Below are positions 1-11,896 of a stretch of 64,000 bases of DNA, in pieces. Position 1 is the stretch's first letter, and the number at the start of each line of letters is the position of its first letter. The stretch is from assembly GCA_965637545.1 (NCBI GenBank), contig OZ281494.1, positions 2,170,001-2,234,000 on the forward strand, read 5' to 3'. The position numbers were made by a program, and so were the translations under genes. This DNA comes from Phallusia mammillata. Lineage: Eukaryota. The notes beneath the pieces are model-generated. The model was not told where the DNA came from, ran no database searches, and was given only the letters and a program-made list of their open reading frames with translations.

Positions 1-434
1 TATTAGTTTGCCGCGGTTAGAACTTTGATTGCCACATAATGGTTATCATGAGCAAACATTAACTCAGAAAGAAAGTAACTCACTCAACAAAAATCACTCA
101 AGTTATTTTATTTTCGACATGCCTTTTCCCTGAAATATTGGACGTTGCTGTTTGCATCATTGATTCTGATCAGACTTGAACTTAAATTAAATTGGAGCTT
201 TAACTTGAGTGGTTGCCTCACTTATGAATGTTTTGTAAAATTACTTATTCTCGTCGTACAACGCGTTATGGACCTTATTATGTTTGGGAACATTTATAAA
301 GGCATAAACTAGTTTGTGAAAGGTAAATTGTATTTACCAAACCCAGAAACTTTGCAGAAAGTATGTAACTGTCGGTGCTAAGTAACGGTCTGCATGACAA
401 AAAATCCAAATTCCTCATTTTGTAAGCAAGAACT

Positions 435-519
435 TGGCAGAATGGTCCGGCGCGCCTGACCCATAATAAAAAACTTTGATCGGGATTCGTCTCCGGGTGT
501 GTCCTGGGTTTGAACCCCG
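435..519 (+). repeat. Possible tRNA-derived SINE head (Pol III A/B boxes)
   Basis: A-box-like TGGCAGAATGG (435-445) is followed by GCGCCTGAC and then a B-box-like GGGTTTGAACCCC near 506-519. It resembles a tRNA-Leu/Ser-type 5' half and T-arm, but I could not fold a clean cloverleaf. Confidence 0.3.
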
Positions 520-791
520 TGAAACTTAACTTACATTGTAACAAACACCATTCAAGGGTAAAGACATTTAGCCAGCAATAGCAATTTTTCTCGTGCCTTC
601 TACGCCTCTTAACAGGTTGTGGCTAACTAGAAATAACCCAGCATACAAAACTACAAGCTAACTAAAGCACTTGAGCTTTGGTTTGTTTGTGTTTTGGTTG
701 CATGTTAAACAAAGTTTCTCCGAAATAAGTAAATTATTATCTATTATATGGTAAATTATTGCCAGAGTCGGGTTAGGCACCCTTAGGTGCC

Positions 792-2029
792 TTAACCCTT
801 TAACTGCTGAATTCTTTTTGACAAAAATTATGGTTTAGACATGCTCTTGCTCTTTAAGGTTTTATGCAAAATCGATAGAAGATAGGCAAAAACTTTCTTT
901 GGGAAAGTTGTTGGGTATAAAATTTTCTACAATTTAAAGATAAAAAAATTTTCGATGACGTCATCACTTACGAAATTACGTCATTTCAATTCTATTTTTT
1001 CATAAAATTGCAGTTTATTTATGTTTTTCGTTACAATTATTAGTTCCAAGTTGTTTTACAAACAATTCCTTAAAAAAATATTGATGTGTGTTTTTTCGAT
1101 GACGTCATTAATTAGTCCATGACGTCATAATGAACAATTTTAGTTTCTTGTTTTACTGTAGTAAAGGACAAAATTAATGTTTTTGAGGGTATAAAACTTG
1201 TTTTTAATAACAATTATTGGCAGTCTTTCCAATTTACTGACTTATTCTAATGTTTACCAAATACCTGTACACATAATGCATTCACAAGTGGTTGTACATG
1301 GGATGTTTATTATGCATCATTACACCACAACATGTAAAATTTTGAAACACAGTTCACAGAAGTTAGCAGAAAAACCACAATTCCAAGCATTCCAAAGGAA
1401 CTTTGCACTGATTCTTCTGTATTTGTTGTCAATTTATGAGGCCAAATCCTCCCAACATTTGACAAATATAAATACAGTTGATGACCAAATACAATCAAAA
1501 TATAGGTCAGCAACCATAAACTTCTCGAGTCAAAAGGCTTCTACAACAGTAGTTTTCGTGATAAATATCTGCTGTCACCACTAATAGGAGCTAAACTGAC
1601 TGATACAGCACTATATTCAAGCAAACCCAGGCAAATTCACTGTCCCCAACTACCCACTTCCAAGCCCAATTCAGCTGCACACATATCAAATTGTAAACAA
1701 AGATCGCTGCAACACGCACGCAAAGCCCTGAAATCAACTCCAAACAGCTGTCTGTGAATCAACCAAGCGTAAAATAACAAAAAACGGCTCAAAAACAAAA
1801 ATTAGGAAAAAACATGTTTTTTTCCGAATTTTTCCTTTCTCCTTACTGTAATTAATTTTTTTTAAATACTGACATATCATTTTTTTCGAATAAATTGAAT
1901 CCAATATGCATAAGCTTTCAAACGCAACCCAGTTGGAAAAAATATTCGCACTGATATGATTTTTATCGCTGTTTACAACGAGGCAGGTCTCGGGGCGCAT
2001 TTATGTGCCCCCCGCAGCTAAAGGGTTAA
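792..2029. mobile_element. piggyBac-family non-autonomous element (1230 bp, 796-2025) with TTAA target-site duplication
   Basis: TTAA (792-795) + CCCTTTAACTGC at the left end; GCAGCTAAAGGG + TTAA (2026-2029) at the right end. The TIRs match 11/12. A subterminal hairpin GGGGCGCAT-TT-ATGTGCCCC lies near the right end. There is no transposase ORF. Confidence 0.8.
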
Positions 2030-2343
2030 AAGCAGTTCCCCCCTCCCACACATAGATGGCACAAATTCATTGCAAATGTTGTAGGTGGACGTTTTAAAAA
2101 TTGCATGAATATTTTTTTTTGATGAAGAAACAACCAAAGGCAAGACACAATAACGTAATGATTAACTGAGTCATAACTTGTCCTCCAATTAAAGAGTTAG
2201 GACCATTTTTTTAAAATGCCAGCAAATTCCAGGAAAAAAAAACAAAGTATGGTGGTTCATTCATATACTGAGGAGCCATGAATATCTATATTTAAAGCAA
2301 AGATAAAAATCCGACATGCTTCCTTCATGCTTTTAATTCTAAG

Positions 2344-2710
2344 TAGTGATGTGCCGAATACTCGGTTTGTCGAATTGTTTTGATTGATCAGCCATTTTGC
2401 AAAGATTCGGTTTCGGCCGAATAATTTGTTATATACGTTTCGGCCGAAACCTGGTCTTTTACGAACACAGTTTAGTAAAGTACCACGCAATCTTTCAAAC
2501 TAAACCACAACTAAAATCGCGTAAATTCTTATAATTTTAAAAAGATTATCTATTTTAACTATTCTGCACTAATTGCCTGGTAGACAAACTTATGTTTTCA
2601 CGTCAAACGCGTAACGTACGCCCTCGTATGATGTCATAAATGATTCGGTCGAATTTATTCGGCTAAGCTAAACTGTCGAATATTCGGTTTCGGACGAACC
2701 GAAATACACC
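2344..2710. repeat. MITE-like repeat built from TTCGGTTTCGGCCGAA quasi-palindromic motifs
   Basis: Starts TAGTGATGTGCCGAATA. Several (T)TCGG(T/C)..CCGAA motifs occur in both orientations. The right end is degenerate and no TSD was confirmed. Confidence 0.45.
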
Positions 2711-3333
2711 AGAACAATTGCTATTTCTAAACAGGTTCTTACTGTGCGTAGTGCTCAATCTAGCCCTGGCCATTGTGTGTGAAAAAGTGACATTTTAAAG
2801 GCAGCGATAAATCTCCACATGCTTGAACCGGACATTTTATCCATTTTCATACTACTGCGGTTCAGCATACTACTGAACAACATGCAACCTCTGTTTTCTT
2901 GTTATAAAACCGGGAAGGCGCTGCTCCTATCACGTCACACGGTTACATCTGGATTAAAATCATCTTATTACAAGGTTTGTTATTCACGTTAAACGTCTGC
3001 CTTTCCTATCAGCACATTCAGCCAGTAAATTTAGATTTGAGTCTAGTACTGAATATAAACTGAATAATTCATGTCCAGAGATAAGCCATGAAATTGGCTA
3101 AGCTTGGATCAAAGCTTTTAAGTTGTTTGTGGTAAAAAGATTTTAAGCTAATTTTGCTTCAGCTAAAAATCATGTCATCTATATTTTGTGCAAGATTTGA
3201 AAGGAATGGCTGCAACGAGAAAATATTTACACAATATAAAAAAGATTGTAGTTTAGTTGAAATTTTGTTCAACTGAACGGTTTCAACGAGCATGTCAGTG
3301 CAGTGCAAAAAAGAAAACAACAATAACAAGATT

Positions 3334-6300
3334 ATGACAAGCATATACAGTACAATAACATTGTGGGTTTTCTTTCTGTTAGCGAACGTCATCCAAAGTA
3401 CGTAATCGCCTGCTAAAAGTAACAAGTAACTTAAAAGCTAAAAATTCAAACGATATATTAAAGCAAACTGTAAGAAGTTTTGACAAACTTTAATAAAATT
3501 AAATCATTTATTGTACTACAGTATATTCACAAACAACAGACGAGCCATGTATGAACGTCAACGATCGCCGAGAATGCTTCGGTGAGCTAAATCCAAATAT
3601 AATATAAATGAATTAATACTTTAATATTTTGTCCAATAGTGTGTAATGCTGATGGATACAAAAACAGTAGTTGTACAAACGGAGGTACAATGCGGAGAAT
3701 TCGTGTCGACTTTTGTGAAATAAAAAGTGACGTGAAGTAAGTAATTTTTGATAAACATTTTCTTGTGTAAATATAATTCTCGGCTGCTGAAACAGAAACC
3801 AGAAAAAATTTAATTGTTGCTTTTGAAAGCTGGTATAACTCACTAAATAATTCTATTTTTTCAAATAAAATTTTAAATGATGAAATTGTAAGCGTATGTA
3901 AAAGTTCCTAAATGATAAATCCTCAACGCCATATTTTTCTGCTCAATTATCTTTCAGTGCAAAAAAATCCGAACAAAATGAGGTTAACAACAGAAAGTGT
4001 CAATGACTGAAATTTCAATAAAGCCAAAATAAACGGTGTTAATGTTTATCAAATCCTAAATGATTGCATTCTGCAACGGCATTAATGTTGCATACTTGCA
4101 TGTCACTTGATATTTGAACATACCACACAGTTTGTAGGTCATATGGTTTCGTATATTTATTGTGTTTTTTGTAAAGCAACGAATACACATGCGACGTCAC
4201 ACCAAACTGCAACAAACAAAAGAAACATAAGCAAAGGGAGCGACTGATACGAAGAACTTGTCGCAAGAAAGCTGAATGTGAAATTCCATCTGGAGCGTGG
4301 AGAAATAAACATTACATGTTAATAACATTCAAATGCAAAGGATGTGGTGGTAAATACGTTTGAAATTCGAAGCTCATTTTTATTTAAATCTTCTTAAATT
4401 TTGTCCGTTTTTGTTTTCCATGTATCGAAAAACACTTTTACTTTGAAGATTTTTGACAAAATGGATTAAAATACTTAATAGTTAAAAATAACATACATTG
4501 ATTATATTATACCAGCGTATTTTTTATACTAACTTCGACCCAAATTAGCATCATAATTGTTATGTTTGGATACGCAGTGAAAGATATTATACTACTTTCA
4601 ATGCTCCATTCTTCACTTAGTAAATTTTGATATTATCTAGGTAAAAATGTTTTACAGAAAGCTGTGGAAACGAAGACATTGAATTTAAAGGGGAAACTAA
4701 TTCGTATCAAGCTCTGAACATGCTCACCGAAACATTCACGATCTACCAAGATGAAAAATCTGAGGCAAGAAAGTTTGACATAACAATACCCAACTCTGGT
4801 CCATACTTGTCGGTTGATGATGTTCATCTCAATAACATTTCCACCAGTTCATCTTTGCCATTTGTCGCTGCTTTGTCGGTCATCAACATCAATTCTTCTA
4901 GTAAAGAGCTTTTCAACAACCTGACAACCGAACTGACAACTACAAGAGTAGCTGATGTTCTCGCAATAGACGACCTGCCCTTAATCTCCATAGTCGTCGA
5001 TCAAGAAGATGATTCGGAAGAATCGGAAGAATCGGAAGAATCGGAAGAGTCGGAAGATTCGGAAGATTTATTTCAAACCGAAGTTACGTTTTCTTTGTCG
5101 GTTCCAGGCACCACAAACTTTAAAACAGAAATAGAGCCAAAGTTAATGAAGAAAGCTGGTGATAGAGATGTTTTTGTCAAATCAGTCAATTGGATTTGCG
5201 TTTTCATTGACCCTGAAACGTATGTGTTTTCAAGGAATGGCTGCGCACTGACCACTAGTGTGAATAGATCACAAGTTTCATGTGCTTGCAATCACACCAC
5301 CATATTTAGTGTGCTTCTTGCCGTGGACGCTGTCATTTTACCAGCTTACATTAAGGTAAATCAAATGCATGGGTATACTGACATGAACGTTAATGCAGCT
5401 ATATCATCAGTGTATAAACACGTACATATTACATCTTACTTCAAAAGCAATAATGTTACTAGTTAATCAAATTTAGTTTGTACCAGTATCTTAGGAACTT
5501 GGAGTCATTGCTTAAATTGTTGAGAAAAACATGAACTTTTTATCAGATCCTGTCTTACATCACTGAAGGCACAACGGTTTTGTTTCTCATCATTACTGTC
5601 ATCACAATCTTCAACGTCCGCCATGCGATCGTAAACGACCGAATCTTTGTTCAAATCAACTTGTCACTGGTTCTCATGATCTTCCACGCACTCAATTTAA
5701 TCCATGACGTCGCTATGACGTATCCGCAGCTGTGCGAGGCTCTGGCGGTTGCCATACACTACTTCCTGCTGTCTTCAGGTAATTTTCTGTTTCAATCACA
5801 CGCAACAGGGTTTACCTACAGTTTAATCAAAGGAATCAACGCATTTTACCACCAAGACATGGTTTGAATGAAATAGGCGCCACGGTTATTTTCGATGCTA
5901 TCTAATTCAGTGTCAATTTCTTCATTGTTAGTAATTTAACTTAGGTTATTTTCCAAAATTAAATTAAACTGTTCACCAAAATAAGAATCTAAAAGGTGCA
6001 AACTTTGTTTGACTCATGGTACTTGGTTTCTAAAATCACATAAACCGAATGGATGATAATTAAACTCTGTGTAACATTAGTTGATAATTTTAACTAAACT
6101 TACATTAAATATTGTTCAACAGTGTTCTGGATGTTGGTGGAGGGAATCACACTTGCCATGAAAACTTCGTCCAAGTCTCTTCAATTCAACGCGATCAACC
6201 CGACCAAGCTGAACGTCATCAGAGCTCTCGTCGGATGGGGAATCCCCTCAATCATTACAGCAGCAGCAGCAGTTGTTGGTTTCGTCTTCACAGAGAATTA

Positions 6301-7351
6301 CCTCACTCCAAGTGCGGTGTATGAAGCAGGTTTTAACACTTCCATGTACGACAATACCCTGCGTTGTTTCCTCGACCATCAATCCCATCTCTTCTACTGG
6401 TCGGTGATTGGTCCGATCTGTCTCTGCATTCTCATCAACCTTCTCATTCTCGGCCACGTGGTCGTCTTTATTTCCCGCCTAAACGCCAACCAACCGCGAC
6501 GAGGCCGCGTCCGTCGCCCAAACGCGCATGAGAAAATCACAAGGAAGGTCAAGATTCTTGTGGTGGGCGACATCGCAAAGAAGTTGCTGCTCCTCACTCC
6601 TGTCATGGGATTTCCACTGGTGCTGGGAATATTTGTAGGTAAGGATCTTTCTGTCACTGCTGCGCGCTACTGACGAGTTCCAGTCCCTATATGCTTAACA
6701 ATAAAACAGGATGAGACCATAGTGGGCACATCTAAGGATTCTTCCGAAAGATTAAGTGTATGCATAATCACCTAAAAACACACAAATTGGTGTACGGCCA
6801 CAGCGTGCACATCTCTTGTTACCCACAGTCGTCCTTCGTGTACTGAGAGTGTTCGTGTGTGTGCTCAAACACATGAAAAACTTTGCTGGACATAAACTGG
6901 TGTGTGGCCACAGCGCGCACATCTAATATTGCTCACAGTGGTCCTTAGGGCACTAAGGGAGCTTGCGTGTATGTCCAGATACATGAAAAACTTTGCTCAT
7001 AAACTGGTGTAAATAGCAGCGTGGTTATTTAATGTTACTCTGGTGGTTCGCAGTGTACTCAGTGCGCCTATGTGTGTGTCCAGATCCCACAAGTCAAGTT
7101 TTTATTGGTTGGCGGTCATTAACTTTTTGCCTCACCAGCAATTTGCCCCCAAATTCTCAAAAAATCGTTTCCATCCTTTTGTTGTTGCAGGAATAGGTTC
7201 AACTGAGAGCAACGATTTCTTCATGTACATCAATGTGATAGTGAACGGATTGCAAGGTTTATTTATCTTCATCATCTACTGTGTGATGCAAGAAGAAGTG
7301 AGAGAAGCCGTGAAGAGAGCTTGGTCGAGGTTTCAGTGCGGATATTGCTAG
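3334..7351 (+). CDS. Adhesion GPCR with N-terminal SUEL/Gal-lectin-like domain, GAIN/GPS and 7TM (666 aa, 8 exons)
   Basis: Exons 3334-3397, 3522-3581, 3640-3736, 4177-4349, 4658-5355, 5547-5778, 6123-6638, 7191-7351. All introns are GT-AG, phases match, total 2001 nt. Signal peptide MTSIYSTITLWVFFLLANVIQ. Lectin-like ...RTCRKKAECEIP...KHYMLITFKC. GPS CVFID...NGC...CACNHTTIFSVLL. Family-B/adhesion 7TM motifs FWMLVEG, GWGIP, IGPI and NGLQGLFIF. Confidence 0.9.
5014..5067 (+). repeat. Coding 9-bp tandem repeat (TCGGAAGAN x6) encoding SEE/SED in the adhesion GPCR GAIN region
   Basis: Six consecutive units tcggaagaa x3, tcggaagag, tcggaagat x2, read directly from the sequence. Confidence 0.95.
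6784..7090. repeat. Intronic minisatellite, about 108-bp unit x ~3
   Basis: Units start AAA(T/C)TGGTGT at 6784, 6894 and 7001. They share CCACAGCG.GCACATCT and ACATGAAAAACTTTGCT blocks. The repeat lies in intron 7 of the adhesion GPCR. Confidence 0.75.
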
Positions 7352-8475
7352 AAAACTTAATTTACCATTTGCATCACGTCGCAAAACACGATGTGTATAA
7401 TGACAAAAGTGACAGGGAGCTTACTTACAAGCACATTGTCAAATAAAGAATGTTTTGTTGCAAATGTGAAGCAGAAATAATTACATCTCTGGAATAAAAA
7501 ACAAAACAAAACTAAAAGCTGAAAAACCTTGATTCCTTTGCTGTAACTAACCAATGCCTATTTATGCTGTTACATGGTCTCGTGTAAAAATCTCGTGTAA
7601 AATCTTTTGATATTGACCACTAAAATACTGTGACAGATATCTTCAAAGTCTTTGTTTAAACCTACAAATGCAGCCTGGATCTTCGTGGAATCCAGGCAAT
7701 ATTTTTGGTCCAAACGAGTCGGGAGTAACCGAAGTTTACTGCAGCTAAGCGCAGCTGACGTATATATGTAAATATCTGATCAAAGCATGTTTATTGTGCC
7801 TTTTTCATTGGTGTATTTGATTAACAACTACACGTTGAAAGCCAAAAAAGGCGGAATTGTCACAACCAATCATTTGCACATTTGTTTCACAATCTCTTTT
7901 CCGATTTAAACCCAAATTCGGAAAGCGCTATTTGGCGGCTACAAACTCCTAGTTACTTTGCTTTTGATTCTTTCATCTTTAACGGTTGCACACGTGTTTC
8001 TACATTTATTCTCATAAAAAATGTGAATGCTAAACACAAACTGCTAAACTTTGGGCTTCGTGTTATCGAGGGTTTCTTTTTTGTAATATTTGCGACATAT
8101 TTTTCTTATACGCTGTACTTTTATTCACATTTACACACAAAACAAACCTAAACAACAATTGCTGCATGATTGACATCTACTGAAGCAACATTTAACACAA
8201 ATACATCAACTTATATTTTCTAGGCCATGCTTTCTCCCAGTGCTAGAAAATTTGTACAGATGAATAAAGTAGTTTATTTTTACCTCGCCGTCATTGTGCA
8301 AGAACTTTGCCGCCATTGTGCAAGAGTGCACCTTGCAAACCAAATTCTAAACTAGAGCATAATGACAAAGTCTTAAAGCTCTAAAACAGACACATTGATC
8401 ACAGTGTAAAGATAAAATGTTTGGGAAACACTGGAACAAAACAACAAGTTATGGACAAGGATTAAGCATGAAGAT

Positions 8476-8663
8476 TCAGGTAGTAACCATTTCTGTACTG
8501 GTCCGCACCTCAGAAACAAATCGAATTTTTTTGCATTTATCCACTGCGCTGTCAATTACAGAAGAATAAAGCAAGGGATTGAGGGCGCTGTTGATTGGAA
8601 GCAAAACCGCAGCTGCAAGCACATAAACGATATCAGACAATACTACACCACCAAGCGACAAAA
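8476..8663 (-). pseudogene. 3' fragment (TM7 + C-tail) of the LDLa-GPCR family, inverted and 36 kb from the array
   Basis: Encodes LSLGGVVLSDIVYVLAAAVLLPINSALNPLLYSSVIDSAVDKCKK, identical over this stretch to the C-terminus of the 44068-47505 gene. Confidence 0.92.
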
Positions 8664-9694
8664 CAATTGCTTTAAAAATGTAAAGGGGCTGATGGGAGGT
8701 ACCGCGTAAAAAAAATCCGATTTGATGTAGAAGGTTTTTTGTAGTCTCTAAGAATAAAACCATACAGAGACTGCATGGACGATGAATGTAAAACATCCAG
8801 AAACTCGACATCTCCTTCATCTTTTGAAAAATTCCTAAACGTCAGGCGAAGCCCAAACTTCACTGCATTGTTTAGTGCAACCTCGATGCATCTGTTTACC
8901 GCTGGTCCAGTTGCGATCCATACGATGTCGTCTATAAATCGTTTGATGATCTCGCATTTTTTAAGTGTTTTTGCTATCGGTTTCAAGACAAAGTGCAAAG
9001 CTATGTTTGCTAAAGAGACAGAGTGATTATCTCCGGCAACAATACCTTCGGTTTGTTGATAATAATCCTCACCATACTTAGTTGTAACACTTTTTATAGT
9101 TACCATGACCAATTCCACCCAATGTTTTCTTCCCTCAGCATTAAACTTCGTGTGTTCTTGTAGCGCTGTACCAAGCGCTTTTTTTATTGAACCCCTGGGC
9201 AGATTTGGATACAGGGCAACTATATATGCAGCTGTAATGCAGAGGCGTCCCCTGAGCATTTGTGCTTTGTGGACGTTTTCTCGCTTCCACTTTTTTACCT
9301 CCTCCACATAGTGCATACTATCACGATAGAATTCGTCAATGCCCGACTGGCAGTATTTGATTGCCACAGGATGCAATATACGTTCAATAAGTGCCGTCAT
9401 ACGCGAAGTTGTGATGTGCCAGCAGCTTGAAAGAGTCTCACAGGAATGTCGCGTATGTTGATAACATTCAGTTCTTCCTCCATCAATTTATGGGTTTTAA
9501 AAAGTGGATAAGCGTATGCCGGGCTACTATTTTCAAAGTTTTTTGCCGTCGGTCCGGAAACTCGGTGGAACCTGTTTCCCGTCACCTTGGAGCGTAATAG
9601 TAGGTGTTCCGATATCACCGATGTGTGGTATAGTGCCTTGACGATTTTTTCACATTTCGGTCTGGTTAACTTACATTGTTTTTCAAATGTCTTT
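8664..9694 (-). mobile_element. Degenerate Penelope-like retroelement reverse transcriptase fragment
   Basis: Motifs AYPLFKTHK..IPVR, ALYPNLP, YYQQTEGIVAG..SVSLAN, RFIDD, FLDV, YKKP and SHQP..KAI. Frameshifts near 9400 and about 8730. The first catalytic-region Asp is replaced by Tyr (YIVALY). No GIY-YIG endonuclease remains. Confidence 0.85.
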
Positions 9695-9696
9695 TC

Positions 9697-9756
9697 GAAT
9701 TTTCTGGGCAAACCACCTACAGCGTTTCCACTGAGTGTCCGATTATTTCGCAATAA
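9697..9756 (+). pseudogene. Pentraxin class B terminal fragment (B0)
   Basis: Encodes EFSGQTTYSVSTECPIISQ*, matching the end of the intact minus-strand gene B4 (EFSGETTYIVSNECPIISQ*). The downstream UTR also matches. Confidence 0.85.
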
Positions 9757-9829
9757 ACCAAATGTTGGTGGTTTTGGTTTGCAAGCAATGCTAAAGAAAT
9801 ATATATGTGCACTCTTGCATCAAAATATT

Positions 9830-11080
9830 CTTATTTTGCAGCATTATTCTCGGGTTCAGCGTAAAATATGTGCAAGTTATGATACCAGTAATTGGATGAA
9901 ACTGAGTAGTCAGAGTTTGGACGAAACCAAATTTATATCACTGCCTTATTTTTACGATTCTGCTTCTGGAAGAAAAACGAAATACAGAAAATTTCATTGG
10001 GTGCATTCTTCTGCTTCGGCAGACCAAAATGGGAAAAGTTTTAATTGCACTAGTTTTAAAATTTTGCTTTTACAGTCTATGTAATGTTTCCACTCCCACT
10101 TCGCATAGAAAACGTTTGTACGCTGTTTGCCAATGACAAACCACTTAGAACCGCAATGACGTTCTCAGCGACGGTGGCAACAATATGAACAAATATATTG
10201 GAAACCTCAAGACCTTCTAATTCAGTAACGTTTCGACACCTCTGTTTATCCATGTGACATATGTGATCTCTCCCTTACGGTTGGGGTTAAGGTGAAATCT
10301 ATTTTCTATCGTGCTAAATGTAGGCCTAAAGTCAGTTGTAGGGCATTATGAATACCAACACAATAACATGTTGGTAAATGTCTTGTGTAATGCAAAAAGC
10401 AGTTGCAGAACAAAATTCAAACAACAACATTTCACATTACCAACTTCATCTTTATTGTTGAAAATCACAAAGTCCAAAAATCATTGATTTCACCTTTTTT
10501 CTGCATGGTATAAACAAAAAAGTAAGTTTTAAACAGGTCGATAAAACAACCAGACTTAAGCCAAAAACTTTCTTGTTGATTTAATGAAAAAACTGCAAAG
10601 TTAACGAACATTTAAAGCGTCTATTTTAGCAACCAAAGCTTCTTGTTGACGTGGATTTTTAAGTACATTACGCACAATGCAACATAAACATTCTCTTTCG
10701 GAGTGTAAAGACATCAAGGAAAGCAAAAGCACATTCTCAAGGCAATGTATGCAGAACAATTTCATCATCGTTGCGAAATGAATGTTTGCTTATGACCCTT
10801 TGTTGGTACGTTTGTTTTTCAAGTCAGCTTTTAATTTAGCTCTTAAGTGCAGTCGGACGTCACTTGGCAAACATCATTTGTGTTTATTATGTGTCAAGAA
10901 TAAACATGATAGAACCATACTTCAGTCACATGATAAACGATGTCGCAATAGTTCGTGTATAAAGAGTCTAAAAAGGAACGTGACAGGAGTATAAATAAGG
11001 AAGTATTTTTTATACCGTATTTTGTCGTTACAACTTACCAAGGTTGTCGGTTACAACTATGATACTGTAGTGATCGATTT
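9830..11080. repeat. Duplicated intergenic spacer S1 (downstream of B, upstream of A)
   Basis: Recognisable copies at about 12674-13745, 19620-20215 (partial) and inverted at about 35100-35900. Confidence 0.75.
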
Positions 11081-11084
11081 TTAT

Positions 11085-11715
11085 GTTAATGTTCGCTGAT
11101 GAGTCTCAAGGATATAATCGTGTCACTACAAATTAAAGAAGTATACCACCGTCCTTAACCTCCCAAGCTCCTGGGCTTGTCAGGACAGAGTCCTGGAAAC
11201 TCCACACACGTGTCTTGCACTTCGGTTCGTTTGTTTATTACTTATTCAAATAAAATGCTTATTCAAATAGAATGTTTGAGAAACAAAACAAGTCGTTAGA
11301 AATTAATAGTAATAACGTTTACATATAAATTCAAGTTTAACTAGCAACCAACACATTACTTCAATGCAAGTAATTGAACAGTAACCAAAGAGTTAACTGC
11401 GGTAGGAGTAAAACTGTTATGAGCCATTACATCAGCGGTGCGTTTTATAAATTCATAACACGTGACATTAAACTGTACAACTATGCTCTTGCCGTTGGCG
11501 CTTGCACATTTTCTCACACACAAAACAGCGCCAAATTTACCGCACAATACAAAACATACGATTAAAGCGGGTAAACACCAGATAGCAAAGTCGACCAACC
11601 TCCTAATTTAACTGTAACATGGAATATTATCAACTCGAGCATTTTAGCAAGTAAAACGAGCTAATTTGGTAAACAACTATTGCAAAGTTTGCACAAATTA
11701 TGACGTAATCGCTAC
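11085..11715. repeat. Duplicated spacer segment S2, here inserted into the A1 upstream region
   Basis: Homologous to about 16345-16960 and 23185-23800 (shared TATGTTAATGTT.GCT.ATGAGTCT..AGG and AAAACGAGCT blocks). It is absent from the equivalent position upstream of A2 and A3. Confidence 0.7.
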
Positions 11716-11896
11716 AATACTGCCGAAGTACCAACCACTTTCAGTACAAGGAAACGTGGTAAAGAAAAGTGATGTACATGCAAAATCTTGTTTTTCTACC
11801 CAGTTTTGTTTGTTTGCTATTGTTTTTTTGAAAATGTAAAAGTTCAGAATATAGGTTTATCATTGTTTTGTATTTGTCAAGACATACAAAGTCAAT

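Noticed and set aside
435-519. Functional tRNA gene
   Set aside because: The acceptor stem cannot be paired, the B box deviates (GTTTGA) and the spacing is irregular. It is kept only as a low-confidence SINE-like head.
775-792. Hairpin AGGCACC-CTTA-GGTGCCT abutting the left TTAA
   Set aside because: It is only a 7-bp stem. It could be an excision footprint or chance, with nothing further to support it.
1198-1584. ORFs inside the piggyBac-type element as transposase
   Set aside because: There are no DDD catalytic motifs. Only a vague Cys-rich stretch exists on the minus strand, in a broken frame.
5014-7090. CRISPR-like or other spacer-repeat array from the 9-bp and ~108-bp repeats
   Set aside because: These are contiguous tandem units without unique spacers, inside a eukaryotic exon and intron, and there are no cas genes.
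8664-9694. Active or domesticated reverse transcriptase
   Set aside because: It has two frameshifts, a substituted catalytic-region Asp, both ends truncated and no endonuclease.
9397-9753. The ORF's N-terminus (MRNNRTLSGNAVGGLPRKF) as part of the retroelement protein
   Set aside because: 9697-9756 is the antisense of a pentraxin terminal exon. The PLE-derived sequence starts only below about 9695.
9587-10084. 165-aa plus-strand ORF as a gene
   Set aside because: It is a composite of PLE antisense, pentraxin tail (other frame) and spacer sequence across a rearrangement junction.
10077-10253. 58-aa minus-strand ORF (MDKQRCRNVTELEGLEV...) in spacer S1 as a small conserved gene
   Set aside because: The paralogous copy starting at 13088 has TGA at codon 7, and I recognise no motif.
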